From Eledone cirrhosa (Eukaryota), in NCBI GenBank assembly GCA_964016885.1, contig OZ024746.1, positions 33,294,001 to 33,358,000 of the forward strand: a DNA stretch of 64,000 bases, written 5' to 3'. Below the pieces are notes generated by a model. It was given only the letters and a program-made list of their open reading frames with translations. It was not told where the DNA came from and did no database searches. Below are positions 1 through 11,149 of the stretch, one piece after another. The position numbers were made by a program, and so were the translations under genes. Positions within the stretch are counted from its first letter, which is position 1. Every line of letters starts with the position of its first letter.

Positions 1-326
1 TCCCATATCATCAGAGATTATGTTTAATCTCTGATGATATGGGATCGATTGGATATCGAATGCTCTACTAAATATATAATATTATAGATGTAGCGAGATC
101 TAGGCAAATTGATGTCTATTGAAACGTACGTAAGAACCGAATAAATCTCTTTTACTGCATCTTTCTGTTCTTTTTAATTCTTTATACACGCCCCGGAATA
201 TAGCTAAACTGGAATATACACCTTTTTTCTGCATTTCGTTGAGCACCACTCTGTTGTAAGCTGACATTCCACTACACGGTACATAACACTGTGTCCTGGA
301 AAACATTAATGCACTCGTGCATAACC

Positions 327-330
<4 letters not shown>
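1..330 (+). mobile_element. Penelope-like terminal (pLTR/3') fragment with hammerhead motif; inverted duplication at window start
   Basis: 1-20 is the reverse complement of 25-44. It contains a hammerhead core and ends directly at the (TA)n tract at ~331. Confidence 0.6.
28..135 (+). ncRNA. Type-I hammerhead ribozyme motif with extended stem II
   Basis: Stem I TCT(28-30)/AGA(133-135); CTGATGA 31-37; ~83-nt irregular stem II (atggg..atcgatt / aattgat..ctat); GAAAC 121-125; palindromic GTAC; GTA cleavage triplet 130-132. Confidence 0.7.
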
Positions 331-411
<81 letters not shown>

Positions 412-440
412 AATATATATATATATATATATGTATATAT
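331..440. repeat. (TA)n microsatellite
   Basis: Direct reading. Further large (TA)n tracts at ~672-836, 2932-2973, 27238-27324, 32910-33340, 60797-61090 and elsewhere. Confidence 0.98.
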
Positions 441-476
441 CTAAAATAGAAAACGCTTCTACATGACTAGAACTGT

Positions 477-620
477 TACAAAGCAGAGTATAGATATTTA
501 ATATAGCAAATCCTTCTACGGGACTAGAACTGTTTCATTCGGGAGGATTTCTCCTGAATGAAACAGTTCTAGTCCCGTAGAAGGGTTTGCTATATTAAAA
601 TATTTATACTCTGCTTTGTA
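477..620. repeat. ~70-bp-arm inverted repeat (probable PLE terminal fold-back) between (TA)n tracts
   Basis: Arms 477-545 and 551-620 around the loop GATTT. The right arm contains GAAAC..GTC, the 3' half of a hammerhead-like core. Confidence 0.85.
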
Positions 621-763
621 TTGAGTACCTTACTTACTGTGGTTACCCCAGATTGAACCCGGCATAAACATTATATATATATATATATGCATATATACAT
701 TTATATATGTATACAAGTTTATATATATATATATAAATATATATATTTATATGTGTATATATT

Positions 764-837
<74 letters not shown>

Positions 838-839
<2 letters not shown>

Positions 840-2349
840 TGAATACTATTCCTCTATTTCACCCGAAACCCTGCATAAGGCCCTCTCTTTCGTTAAGACT
901 AACTCGGACCTCACAAACGAGGAAATTAATATTATACTTGAAGCTAGACGCACAGTAGTGCACTTTGAAAATAGTTATTGGGTCCGCAGGGATAGACCCT
1001 CGGAATTCGACATTACGATGGGTTCTAATGATTCGGCGGAGGTCACGGATTTGGTTGGAATCTATATAGCCCATAGACTCCAGAGCGAATTTACGGACCT
1101 CCACAGCGGAATATACCGCGACGATACACTTCTATTATTCAAGAATATGAACAAACAAAACCTAGAAAGGCGACGTAAAAACATTAGGAAACTTTTCTTA
1201 GAACTAGGGCTTAATATTACCTTTGAACACAATCTTAAGGTGGTCAACTTCTTGGATGTTACCTTCAACCTTAATAACGGTAATATAGAGCCATTTCACA
1301 AACTTAATGAAAATCTTAAGTACGTTAATGTAAAATCGAACCATCCTCATTCCATTATTAAATCTATCCCTAAAAATATATCCATAAGGATCTCCCGACT
1401 GTCGTCTAATTTGCAGACCTTCAACGAGCATGCTGAATATTATAATGACGCACTTAGAAAAGCTGGTTACTGCGAGAAAATTGAATATCTAGACGATAAC
1501 CACATAAGTACTATGAATAAAACACATCTAAGTCGAACTAGTATTGCACCACACACACACATCAATAGGCATACTAACAGGTGCAAACCAGCAAATAGAG
1601 TCAGACGTAGAGAGTACATATGGTATAACCCCGTGTACAATTCTTCTATTAGCACTAAGATTATCTCACAATTCTATACACTAATCAATAAACACTTTAG
1701 AACTTCACATAAATACTATAAAATCTTTAACTCGCGCACCATTAGACTCTCATACTCCACTGCACCTAACATAGAACAACTAATTAGAAAACTCAACTCA
1801 GCAATACTGAATAAGTACATCCCTAATGACTCAGCGCACCAGCATAGCAACATGCAACGCACTAACACGCAACCACAACCCCACCAAACTATCCAGGATT
1901 CTACTGCAAAACATAAAAATAGTTGTACCTGCACCAAACCAGGTACGTGCCCACTGAATAACCAGTGCCTAGCACGCAATATTGTCTACCGGTGTACAAT
2001 AAGTTTTGGGACCAACAAATGGTATTAGATCGGATGTACCGCAACTTCTTTCAAGGCTCGCCTCTACCAACATCGATCTTCGATCAGGCACGAGAAAATG
2101 CGCTCCGTAACAACCCTCGCCGATAAAGCCTGGCAGCTTCGGAGGAACAATCAAGCGTTCTCCCTTGATTGGCAAATTATTGCAGCTGCGCCTGCATATC
2201 AGCAAAATAATCGATTCTGCAAGTTATGCAATTTAGAGATATACTGCATTTTAACGTCGGTAAACAAATTTTTGAACAGCAAAATTGAACGTTCTCTATA
2301 CTGTAACCATCGTTTAAAAACGACTTTTTCTTTTTTTAAATGCATATAA
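838..2349 (+). pseudogene. Penelope-like (Neptune-type) reverse transcriptase + GIY-YIG endonuclease, 5'-truncated, one in-frame TAG
   Basis: RT motifs [28 protein letters not shown]; thumb YVNVKSNHP; Cys linker [11 protein letters not shown]; GIY-YIG NIVY..WY*IG; C-terminal CKLC..E..LN..CNHR. ORFs 751-2028 and 2098-2349 are in the same frame. The IYIY N-terminus is translated microsatellite. Confidence 0.92.
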
Positions 2350-2768
2350 TGTTACCTTTTTACACCAACGTTTGCAAATTTCTGTCTTATATGTTTATAC
2401 ACTAGATATGGCTTTCTATAATAATAGTACTAAACACTGTTTTTCTGGACCCCTTTAGAAATAACCTGCTACTATAATAGCCCTAATAACTTGTCTGTGA
2501 CATTGTACCACTTTGACCCCTCTAACTAAATTTTGTCCGAACAACACCACTAGAAGTATCTACTTCCCAGCCAACCTTAGCACGCCTCATTAAGCTAACT
2601 GCTGCCAAAACCATCTCTACTACATCTCTTCACAATCTCTACTAGTCTGACAGTCTTAAACCCTAAGACTCCCTCCACCTTACTCACTTCCCTCTTCCCC
2701 TTCTCTTCCTACCTCCTTCTTTATCTTTTATCTAGTGTATAAAATATTTTCATATCATTCTAATACAA

Positions 2769-2885
2769 AGGTCTGATGACATGGTGTGTTGGCTTACAGT
2801 GTACTTTCGGTTTTTGATAATATTTGTGTATTATTCAAATAGCGAGGTATAGGTAACTCATACACTATAGAAACAATTGTTACCT
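2769..2885 (+). ncRNA. Type-I hammerhead ribozyme motif with ~90-nt stem II in PLE 3' region
   Basis: Stem I AGGT/ACCT; CTGATGA 2773-2779; stem II atggtgtg/tacactat plus further helices; GAAAC 2870-2874; palindromic AATT; GTT triplet 2879-2881. Confidence 0.8.
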
Positions 2886-2929
2886 AATAAATTCTATATA
2901 CCCGCATTTCCATTTCGTAAATTTTTTCT

Positions 2930-2977
<48 letters not shown>

Positions 2978-3353
2978 GACGTAAAATAAGAAAATATTTT
3001 TATATATATATATATATTTATATGTGTGTGTGTGTGTGTGTCTATATAATTATGTATACATGTATGTACGTTTATGTGTATGTTAGTGGCCATATAACTA
3101 TAAACGTATTTGTTATATAACTATAAAATTAGGTATTTGTTAAGGAGTAAAGGAATTTCCAGATGACAAAATATAAACTACTTGAATATACTCGTTAACA
3201 TGAAGTATTAATCTGCATCATATGAAAAGGTTAAGCAAACGTATTAATGATAATGAAGATGACAACGGTGATAATGATAATTAATGATGATGAAGATGAT
3301 GTTCATGATGATAATGATGAGGATGATAATAATATTAAATTACGATGATGGCA

Positions 3354-3357
3354 ATAA

Positions 3358-3415
<58 letters not shown>

Positions 3416-3518
3416 TGTTTCTACTTTAGGCACAAGGCCAGCAATTACCCAGTGCATTACTGGTACTTTATTTTATCGACCCCGTAAGGATGAAAGGCGA
3501 AGTCAACCTCGGCGGGAT
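3354..3518 (-). mobile_element. tRNA-derived SINE, 3' part with (ATT)n tail
   Basis: Matches the recurrent SINE (gccgagg..gcctttcatcct..ggggtcgataaaataaagtacc..ggccttgtgcctaaagtagaaaca(att)n). Confidence 0.85.
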
Positions 3519-3808
3519 AATAATAATAATGATTTCATTTATTGGCCACAAGGGCCGACATATAGGGGACAATACAAAAGACTGTGACAGTGGGGTTTTA
3601 CAGAAAAATCGAGTAAACAATATGAATAACAATAACAAAGTAACAATAACAAAGTAACAATAAAGTAACAAGAAAATTACAAGCAAAAATTCCCCAATAT
3701 GGGGGGATGACCACCTAGGGTTCGCTCAGGTACCCCACATGTCCTGAACGACCCGACGCTTCGAGAGCACCCTGGAAGGGCACCCCTCTCCTCTTCAAAT
3801 TTACCTAC

Positions 3809-6800
3809 CTACAGCCGCATGACCAGAGTAGGCCCACTCACACGGGCCATTCTCGCCACATGCACCCACCTTTCAGCAAATGTACTGGGGGGCAGCACTT
3901 CTCTCTCCACCCTAACCTCCCTTTCCAAGTGAAACTTGAAAAAGTTGATGAAGGATTGGCCGAAGAGAAAAGTGTCTGTCTTCAATCCTTTCAACCTCGT
4001 CCACCATACAACCTCTTTCGCTACTGCCACCAAAAGAAGGCGGCGGGTCGATCTTCACTATGGACTCGGCCGATAGCCGGATGTGTTCTACACGCGACAA
4101 CAGCTGTTCAACATAATTCCACAAGTCAGTAATGCACGGACACTGGACGAATGCGTGCAGAACGGTTCCGTCGCTCTGCGCGCATCTCGGGCAGGTCCGT
4201 TTGACAGCACTTCCGTGCCTGTAGAGTTTATCTCGAACCGGCAGTGCCTCCCGGTAGCACTGCCAAGCGAGGGATTTTTGGAAATTATCCATCGTCCCCG
4301 GCTCGAAAGTCCTCCGGTACAGACTGGTTAGTTCGACTTCGTTGACTCCCAGAGCCTCTCCGAGTGCTTCGTTGCACTTGCCCACCACTAATCCTCTATA
4401 GAACTCGAGAGTGGAAGTTCCACTGACCGCATTTCCCGCCTGGTAGAGGGCAGTGAGTGCCTGGCAACATTCCAGATGCCAGTCTCGGTCTCTTCTTGAC
4501 CCAGGACTGCAGCTCACTCAAAGAAACGAGCTGCGGAAAGGCCCGTCTGACAAACGGCGACCACACCTGTTCACCGTTTAGCCAGAATATCTGGAGATGC
4601 CGCAGCCTCAGCGCGTGCCTGCCCATCATTAGCCACGGCATGCCCAGCCCTCCACGTAGAGGATGCTGGCAGCAGATGGACCGCCTCTCCAGCGGAACCT
4701 GACCCATCCACAAGAATTCGAAGAGGAGCTGCTCCAAGATGGCGACGGGCGAACGGGGGAAAGGGACGACGGTCAGACGGTAGTAGATGACGGACGCGAT
4801 GTACGCGTTCGCCACCTCCGCCCGACCTTTCAGTGATAGCTTCATCCCAGCCCATTTCTGGGTGAGACTGGCTACCCTGCCCGTCACCTCGTCCCAATTC
4901 TTATCCACCTGGAGGTCTGGCCCGAACCAAACCCCTAGCAACTTTACCAGTCCGTCCGTTCAGTGCCTAACGACGCTGTTGGACGGCATGGACTTGCCTC
5001 TCCAGGTGCCGAGTTGCAAGCCCACAGACTTTTCCGGGTTAAGTTTTGCTCCCGTCAACCTTTCATATTCCTCCAATAAGTTGCCGACCACCTCGATTTC
5101 TGAGGTGTCCGACACAATCACGGTGATGTCGTCCGCATAAGCCGACACAGCCTTTCCGCGTCCCGGTTCGAGCTGGATGCCCTGCAACAGCTCCAGCTTC
5201 CGCAGTAAAGGCTCGAGAGTCAATATGTACAGAAGGGAGGAGAGAGGGTACCCTTGACGGACCGATTGGGAGACCTGAAACGGTTCCGAGAGGTGGCCAT
5301 TAATTTTGACCATCGAGCAGGTGCCGCTGTGCATTGCAGCGATCCAGCTTCTGAAGACGGGGCCGAAGCCAGCCGCCTTGAGCACAGCTCCAGCTACCGA
5401 TGGTCGATCCTATCGAATGCTTTCGATTGATCTAAATTTATCAGAGCCTCACCGAAGCCAGGTATACACCCTACCCTCTATATGATGTATCGCATTAGGT
5501 GGAGGTTGTCGTGTATGGACCTGGTTGGGATTGCGCAAGTTTGCCTCTCCCCAACCAAATCCCCGACGACAAGCGCCAACCTCTTCGCTAACACCCTGGC
5601 CAAAATCTTAAACTCTGTGTTGAGCAGAGTTATGGGCCTGAAATTGTCTAATGTGTCACTCTTGTTCTCGTCTTTCCTTATCAGCGTCACTACGCCCCGG
5701 CTCACAGAACTGGGAATACTCCCGTTTTGCTGACAGTTGCAGTAGAGGGCTTCGAGGAGATTGGAGAACAAGTTTGGCATATTTACGTAAATCTCGTAGG
5801 GCAGACCATCCAAACCGGGTGACTTGCGCCTCATGCAGCCGACAAGGTCATCCTGAATCTCGGCTGAAGTAATTGGCCTTTCGCAGCGCCCAGCGCCAGC
5901 CGTCGAGAGTTGCGGCAAGCCATCGTGGTAGGGACTGAATTCCACCACCATCTCTGACCCGCCACTTCCCCCGGACAACCGAGCAAAATGTTGGCGAAAG
6001 GCCTCACACATCCTCTCGGAATCGCTCAGCTCGTGCCCGTCTCGGTCCGTCAAAGACCGAATCGTAGTTTTATTACCACGCTGCGCCTCTGCAACACGGG
6101 TCCATCGAACAGCTTTGGTTCCCTCGTTTCTCAGAGCACGCGCCTTAGCTCTGACAATGCAGCCTTCGTGTTTCGCATTGAAGAAATGGTCTAATGCCAT
6201 TCTCGCCGCTAGCACGTCAGTTGCAATGCCACTACCAATAGCCTCGTCTAACATATCTACCAACTCCCCCTCCTTTCTATTTTTCTCTAACGTTACTTCT
6301 TTGCTAAACTCTATCGACATTACTCTAATCTCTCTTTTGAGAGCCACCCACCATCTATTGTTGACGACTCCCCCTGTCAACTTTTTCTTAACTAAATTGT
6401 TGACCTGGTCCCTGTAAGCCTTACGTGCCGAAAATGACATGTTTAGCTTCCAGGAACCAGGTCCTAACTTACGCGTCTTATGTAGGTCGACCATACAGAT
6501 CACAAACTTGTGATCTGAATAGGCGACCGTTTCAAAACGTGGACAGCTTACACTATTTCTGTCTATTTTCCTAATGAATATCCTGTCTATATACGATCTA
6601 GATGACCTTATGCGGTTAGCCCAGGTCCACACTGGCGCATTAGGGAAATCTAGTCGGTACCTGTCAGACAGTTAGAACTGGCTGATCAGGTTCTTGAGGC
6701 TTTTGCACCCCGCGCTCCTATCCCCCGTCCCAGCGTGCGTCTAAGATGCCGTTCCAGTCCCCCGCTAACAGTAAAGGGCGAGACGTACCCAGAAAGGCTT

Positions 6801-7179
6801 CCAGGCGTCTAAAGAAGTCCGGCCGTCCTTCCCCAGTAGGAGCATAGACGGCCACCAGTCTAAAGGCACCACCTTCGTTATTGTTCACCTCCAGGACCAC
6901 CAACTTCCCGTCCGGGTCCCGGAAGATCGACCTTACCTCGAGATCCAGGCCTTTCCTAAACAACACTGCCACCCCGCCTCCCATTCCCGGCCGGCTAACA
7001 GATGCAAATATCTGATAGTCGTCGAAAATGGGGGGTAGTACGCGCGTGTTGGAAATCCTGGTCTCGCTGACTGCAATTACATCCATTTCTATAGACCTGA
7101 GGTCGTTGAGCAGGTGACTTTGCTTCCAGGACGATCCCAGGCCTCGAACATTTAAACATCCTACTCTTAATACGACCAT
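3809..7179 (-). pseudogene. Tx1-like ORF2: apurinic endonuclease + RT + C-terminal zinc-binding domain (frameshifted)
   Basis: GCLNVRGL, VSETR, VYAP, GDWN, SDH, KSPGLDG, FRPITLLN, VRQGYPLS, AYADD, LGVWFG, CPRC..HAFVQC; spread over several frames. Confidence 0.92.
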
Positions 7180-7210
7180 GTTGGCAGGTTAATAAGAGAG
7201 AGAGGAAGGT

Positions 7211-8860
7211 TTACTTACCTTCCGGGCTCTTGTGAAGATCGGCTTGTTCGACCTCCATAGTTGATGGGGTTTCTTTTGGGAACACCTTTAAAAGTCTTGA
7301 AGTTTGTTTTACGTTCGGGGTTCCCACGTCCCGAGGAAAGCTGTCTCGTATTTCTTTGAATATATCGAGCGACATTCGCACCAGAACCAAATCTTCCGGC
7401 ACGCGAAATGTGCTCGATTTAAAAAATGCCCCCTCTTTTTGTATAATTTCACTTCGTTCTACGAGGGCCATCAGTTCCTTGTTGGCCCTCCTGACGAGCA
7501 CGAAGTTTTGTATGCTTTGTTGGTGTGATTTTATTTGTTTGTGTGGCTGTGGTGGTGATGGTTTTGGTGGTGTTGTTTCGGTTGTATCTGTGTTTGTTGT
7601 GAGTGCGGTGTCTGTGGTTTCAGATGTTTGTGTGTATATTTGTTCTTGCGTCTGTTTAGGTTGTTTGCGTTTGGGGGATTCTGGTGATGGTGATGGTGGT
7701 GTTGATGTTGGTGTTATTGGAGAGATGTTTGCGTGGGTCGTGTCTGCATTTTTTTTGTGGGTGATTTTGTGCTTTGTTGGGTTTTTATTTCTTTTTGTGT
7801 TTCCTTTTTTGTATTTTGGGGGATTTTGGTTTTCCCCCATCTTCACTACTTGTAGATGAGGGATCTGTGTATGTAAGTGTGTCTGTATGTATGTTTATAG
7901 GTAGTCAATGTTGGTGGTGCTCTTTCTATTGGTGTTGTTGTTGGTGGTTTTGCCGGTGCTGGTGTTGGTTGTGGTCCTCGCCCCGGCGTCGGCAGCAGTG
8001 GAGCCTTTCGACCCCTTGCCTCTTTCAGCAGTTGAGGGCAGAAGGCTCGAAAATGGGTTTTTTCCCCACAAACAAAACACTGCGGCCTTTTGCTTCGGTC
8101 ATAATGTGAATGATCGTCCCATTCTGAAGGCGGATGTGGTCCGGGATTGTCTTCACATTCTCGAGCCTGATCTGGAGAAGGATCTCCAGGTCAACCCCGG
8201 AGCAGTCCTCTCTGGCCGTTCTGGTCACTTCTATAGGGACGGTATCCGTCCCCTCCACAATCACACATCCCAGAAGCCACAACATGTCAAGTCCTGGTGG
8301 GATTCTGGGAATGCGGAGACGGGCCGTTCTTTTTCCCATGTGGGAGGGGTACATTATGACCTTGCTGGTTTTGCAAGGAGTCATAGCGTGTTTCATAGCG
8401 AGGGCTTCTGACTTGAACAACACCGAAATGGTGCCGTACTGTCTTCCCCTCTCTATGTATTCGGTGTCTTCTCTAATGCAGCTCAGCGCGACTTCGACAT
8501 CTTCTTGTGGGATTAAAGCTGCCCTTTTGGTTTGTGCTGAGATGCATCTATAATGCACCGTGCTGCGCTCCACTGCCTCAATAGCTTCTACCGGGACAGT
8601 TAAGTTGGCCCAGGTTTTCTCTTGCTTGATGAGCTTCCATCCCTGGGCCAACTTTTTCATCTTTGTTTGAGAGGTCCATGTTGAAGCATGAAGCATGGCC
8701 TCTTTTTTGCTGCTGCCGCAGCGAAGGTGTTCTTGTTTTCTTTGGAGGTGTTGTGGTCGTTGTCGTTGTTTTTGTTGGTGTTGTTTTTAGCACTGTCGCT
8801 GTTATCATTGTTGCCACCGTTGTTCTCGGTGTAGTTGGTATTGTTGCGTGGCTCAGCCAT
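7211..8860 (-). pseudogene. Tx1-like ORF1 (nucleic-acid binding, CCHC knuckle), frameshifted
   Basis: ATG at 8860 in AAAAAAAAAACATGG context; RRM-like segment; knuckle CFVCGEKTHFRAFC at ~8045-8085 in an alternative frame; Thr/Pro-rich linker; ends EGK*. Confidence 0.8.
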
Positions 8861-9064
8861 GTTTTTTTTTCTCCGTAAATGCTTTAACATGTAAAAGAAA
8901 TTCAAATATTTGGGCCAAAAGGCCCATAATTATACTTTCCCCTTCACAGGGAAAAGTTTAAGGGCTTATATCCCTTACACAACAAGAAATATTTAACAAC
9001 AAATAATTTTAACAGGCAAATAAAGCGACTCACTGGGAGCGAGCAAAATACGTCCGCTTAGACC

Positions 9065-9260
9065 AATAATAATAATAATAAGAAGAATGATAATAATGCT
9101 AATCGTAATAATGACAATAATAATTGTTTCTACTTTTGGCACAAAGCCAGCAATTACCAATGCATTACTGGTTCTTTATTCTATCGACCCCGGAAGGATG
9201 AAAGGCAAAGTTAACCTCGGCGGGATTTGAACTCAGATCATACAGGGAGGTAACTCTATA
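9065..9260 (-). mobile_element. tRNA-derived SINE with degenerate (ATT)n tail abutting Tx1 5' end
   Basis: B-box GAGTTCAAATCC on minus strand plus the family core. Confidence 0.85.
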
Positions 9261-9830
9261 ATGACAATAATAATAACAACAACAATTATAATAAAATTAA
9301 TAAGCAATTAATAACATTCACAACATTTTCAAATATTTTCTAGCTATACGTTATTTTGAATGCGGTCCTATATGTTAGGATTGGATTTGTTCTTCATTGA
9401 TGGATAAGAAGCATAGGATAATTGGCGTCAAAGGAAATGTCACACGTTACTGAGCTTGCACGATATTGTGTCAATTGTTCAGCGTCATGCAGTGGTGGCG
9501 TATCATATTGCTAATGTAAAGATTATGAATACATATATGAATAGAACATAACAACAGCAGAATTAAAAGCAGTAAGAAAATATATAAACTTATTGATTAC
9601 TCTCTATCAGACGTTTAGTGAAACTCTGAAGTGAGGAGAAAAGTAATGATGGTATATTACGACAAATATTATGTACAGGAAACATATAGTGAATTATTGT
9701 TCTGTGGAGACAAGCAAAATATTAAAGTTACACACAGCGTGAAGGGATATAAAAGTGAAACTTTCATATCTCCCCACGCTGTATGTAACTTTAATATATA
9801 TATTATGTGTGTAAATATATATTATGTGTG

Positions 9831-9862
<32 letters not shown>

Positions 9863-10092
9863 CTAGTTTTGCAAGGTCTTTGCTATGAAATAGTGTGTCG
9901 AAACAAATATTGTTATACTTGGGGAGGGTCATATTGTTGTAATAATATTGTCAGAAATAATAACGGAACACACTCACTGTTTGGTTGGTTTTCGCTTCTG
10001 TATCTTTTATATCTTTATAGTTAATTCGTTTTGCCATCAATGTTTGTCACTGATTGACCAACGGTAAAAAATACAGATATAAATACATATAT

Positions 10093-10146
10093 ATAGTCTA
10101 ATAAAGTTCTTTCGTTGCACATCTGCAACATCATCAGTGCTACTAT
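10093..10146 (-). ncRNA. Minimal type-I hammerhead motif (family A)
   Basis: Minus strand: CTGATGA t gttgca-gatg-tgcaac GAAA gaac TT; stem I weak. Confidence 0.65.
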
Positions 10147-10256
10147 TATGTTTCCTCTTGTTGTATTGTATGTCTACGCCATTTTATTTTTATTTTTATT
10201 TAGATAACATAAAAATGGCGTAGACATACATTACAACAGGAGGAAACATAATAGTA

Positions 10257-10310
10257 CCAACAACTGATGATGTTGTAGATGTGCAACGAAAGAACTTTGT
10301 TAGACTATAT
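10257..10310 (+). ncRNA. Minimal type-I hammerhead motif (family A)
   Basis: CTGATGA 10264-10270; stem II gttgta/tgcaac; GAAA 10288-10291; gaacTT; stem I weak. Confidence 0.6.
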
Positions 10311-11149
10311 ATATATGTATTTATATCTGTATTTTTGATTGTTGGTCAATCAGTGACAAACATTGATGGCCAAACGAATTAACTATGGAGATATAAAAGA
10401 TACAGAAGCGAAAACCAACCAAACAGTGAGTGTGTTCCGTTATTATTTCTGGCAATATTATTACAACAATATGACCCTCCCCAAGTATATATGTATATAT
10501 GTATATATATATATGTATTAATTATATATTCAATTATCCGCCATGAAATTCACTAATTAACTTTCAAAATAGTTCCCTTGTATTATGATAACTACACAGG
10601 AACATACATACTTCAAAATTTAAATTTACCTTCATATTCTATCTATATGATTATATTATATTCCATATGGAATATGATATTGAGCGACTCATAAGACCTA
10701 GCATTAGCTAAGGATTTAATTAAATTTAAATATAGATTAATTTATTTTAATTTTTATCTTCAACTATATACTTGCAGTTTTACTCATGCCCTACAATTCT
10801 ATCGTCATGATCATTAGCATTACTACTATTAATAATTATCTGGTACACGTTACATCACCCACTGAAGATGTGAGGACTTTCCGAGTTACACAGAAAGCGC
10901 TGGAATTTGTTTCCATTCCTTGTGTGCTAGGAATTGATTAATTAATTAATTAATTTCCTCATTTTCAATATATGAATATACTCGGTACTGATATATTATA
11001 TTTTGGACGTTGCAGGGATAAGTAGAGTCAGTACATCAGTCGCTATAGAACGCCAAACCACGCCCATTGTCTTTTCTTTCACAATGCAAACGCACGCATA
11101 TATTTTAACGAAACACTGACAATAACAAAGATGGTAATGTGTGATGGAA

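Larger units (their letters stand above)
838..2932 (+). mobile_element. Penelope-like element bounded by (TA)n on both sides
   Basis: ORF, then 3' region, then hammerhead, then AATAAA (2886), then (TA)n at 2932. Confidence 0.85.
3531..9064 (-). mobile_element. Near full-length Tx1/L1-clade non-LTR retrotransposon (copy A), flanked by (ATT)n
   Basis: 5'UTR, ORF1, ORF2 (APE-RT-Cys domain), AATAAA at 3538-3543; (AAT)n at 3517-3530 and from 9065. Confidence 0.92.
9863..10489. mobile_element. Palindromic pair of PLE 3'-terminal (family A) copies, each with a hammerhead
   Basis: Arms ~9914-10188 and ~10212-10489 are near-identical inverted copies, homologous to 24835-25110; (TA)n on both sides. 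Confidence 0.88.

Noticed and set aside
751-837. IYIYIY N-terminus and the many IY/CV/HT/LLL/VVV ORFs across the window
   Set aside because: Translations of (TA)n, (CA)n, (AAT)n and (CTA)n microsatellites.
2026-2028. In-frame stop within the PLE ORF as possible selenocysteine/readthrough recoding (reported for some Naiad PLEs)
   Set aside because: The codon is TAG, not TGA, and replaces the Tyr of the YIG motif. A single nonsense mutation is the simplest explanation.
10858-10905. Hammerhead CTGAAGA-tgtg..caca-GAAA-GCGC-T
   Set aside because: The cleavage-site base is G and stem I does not pair in register; counted only as a relic.
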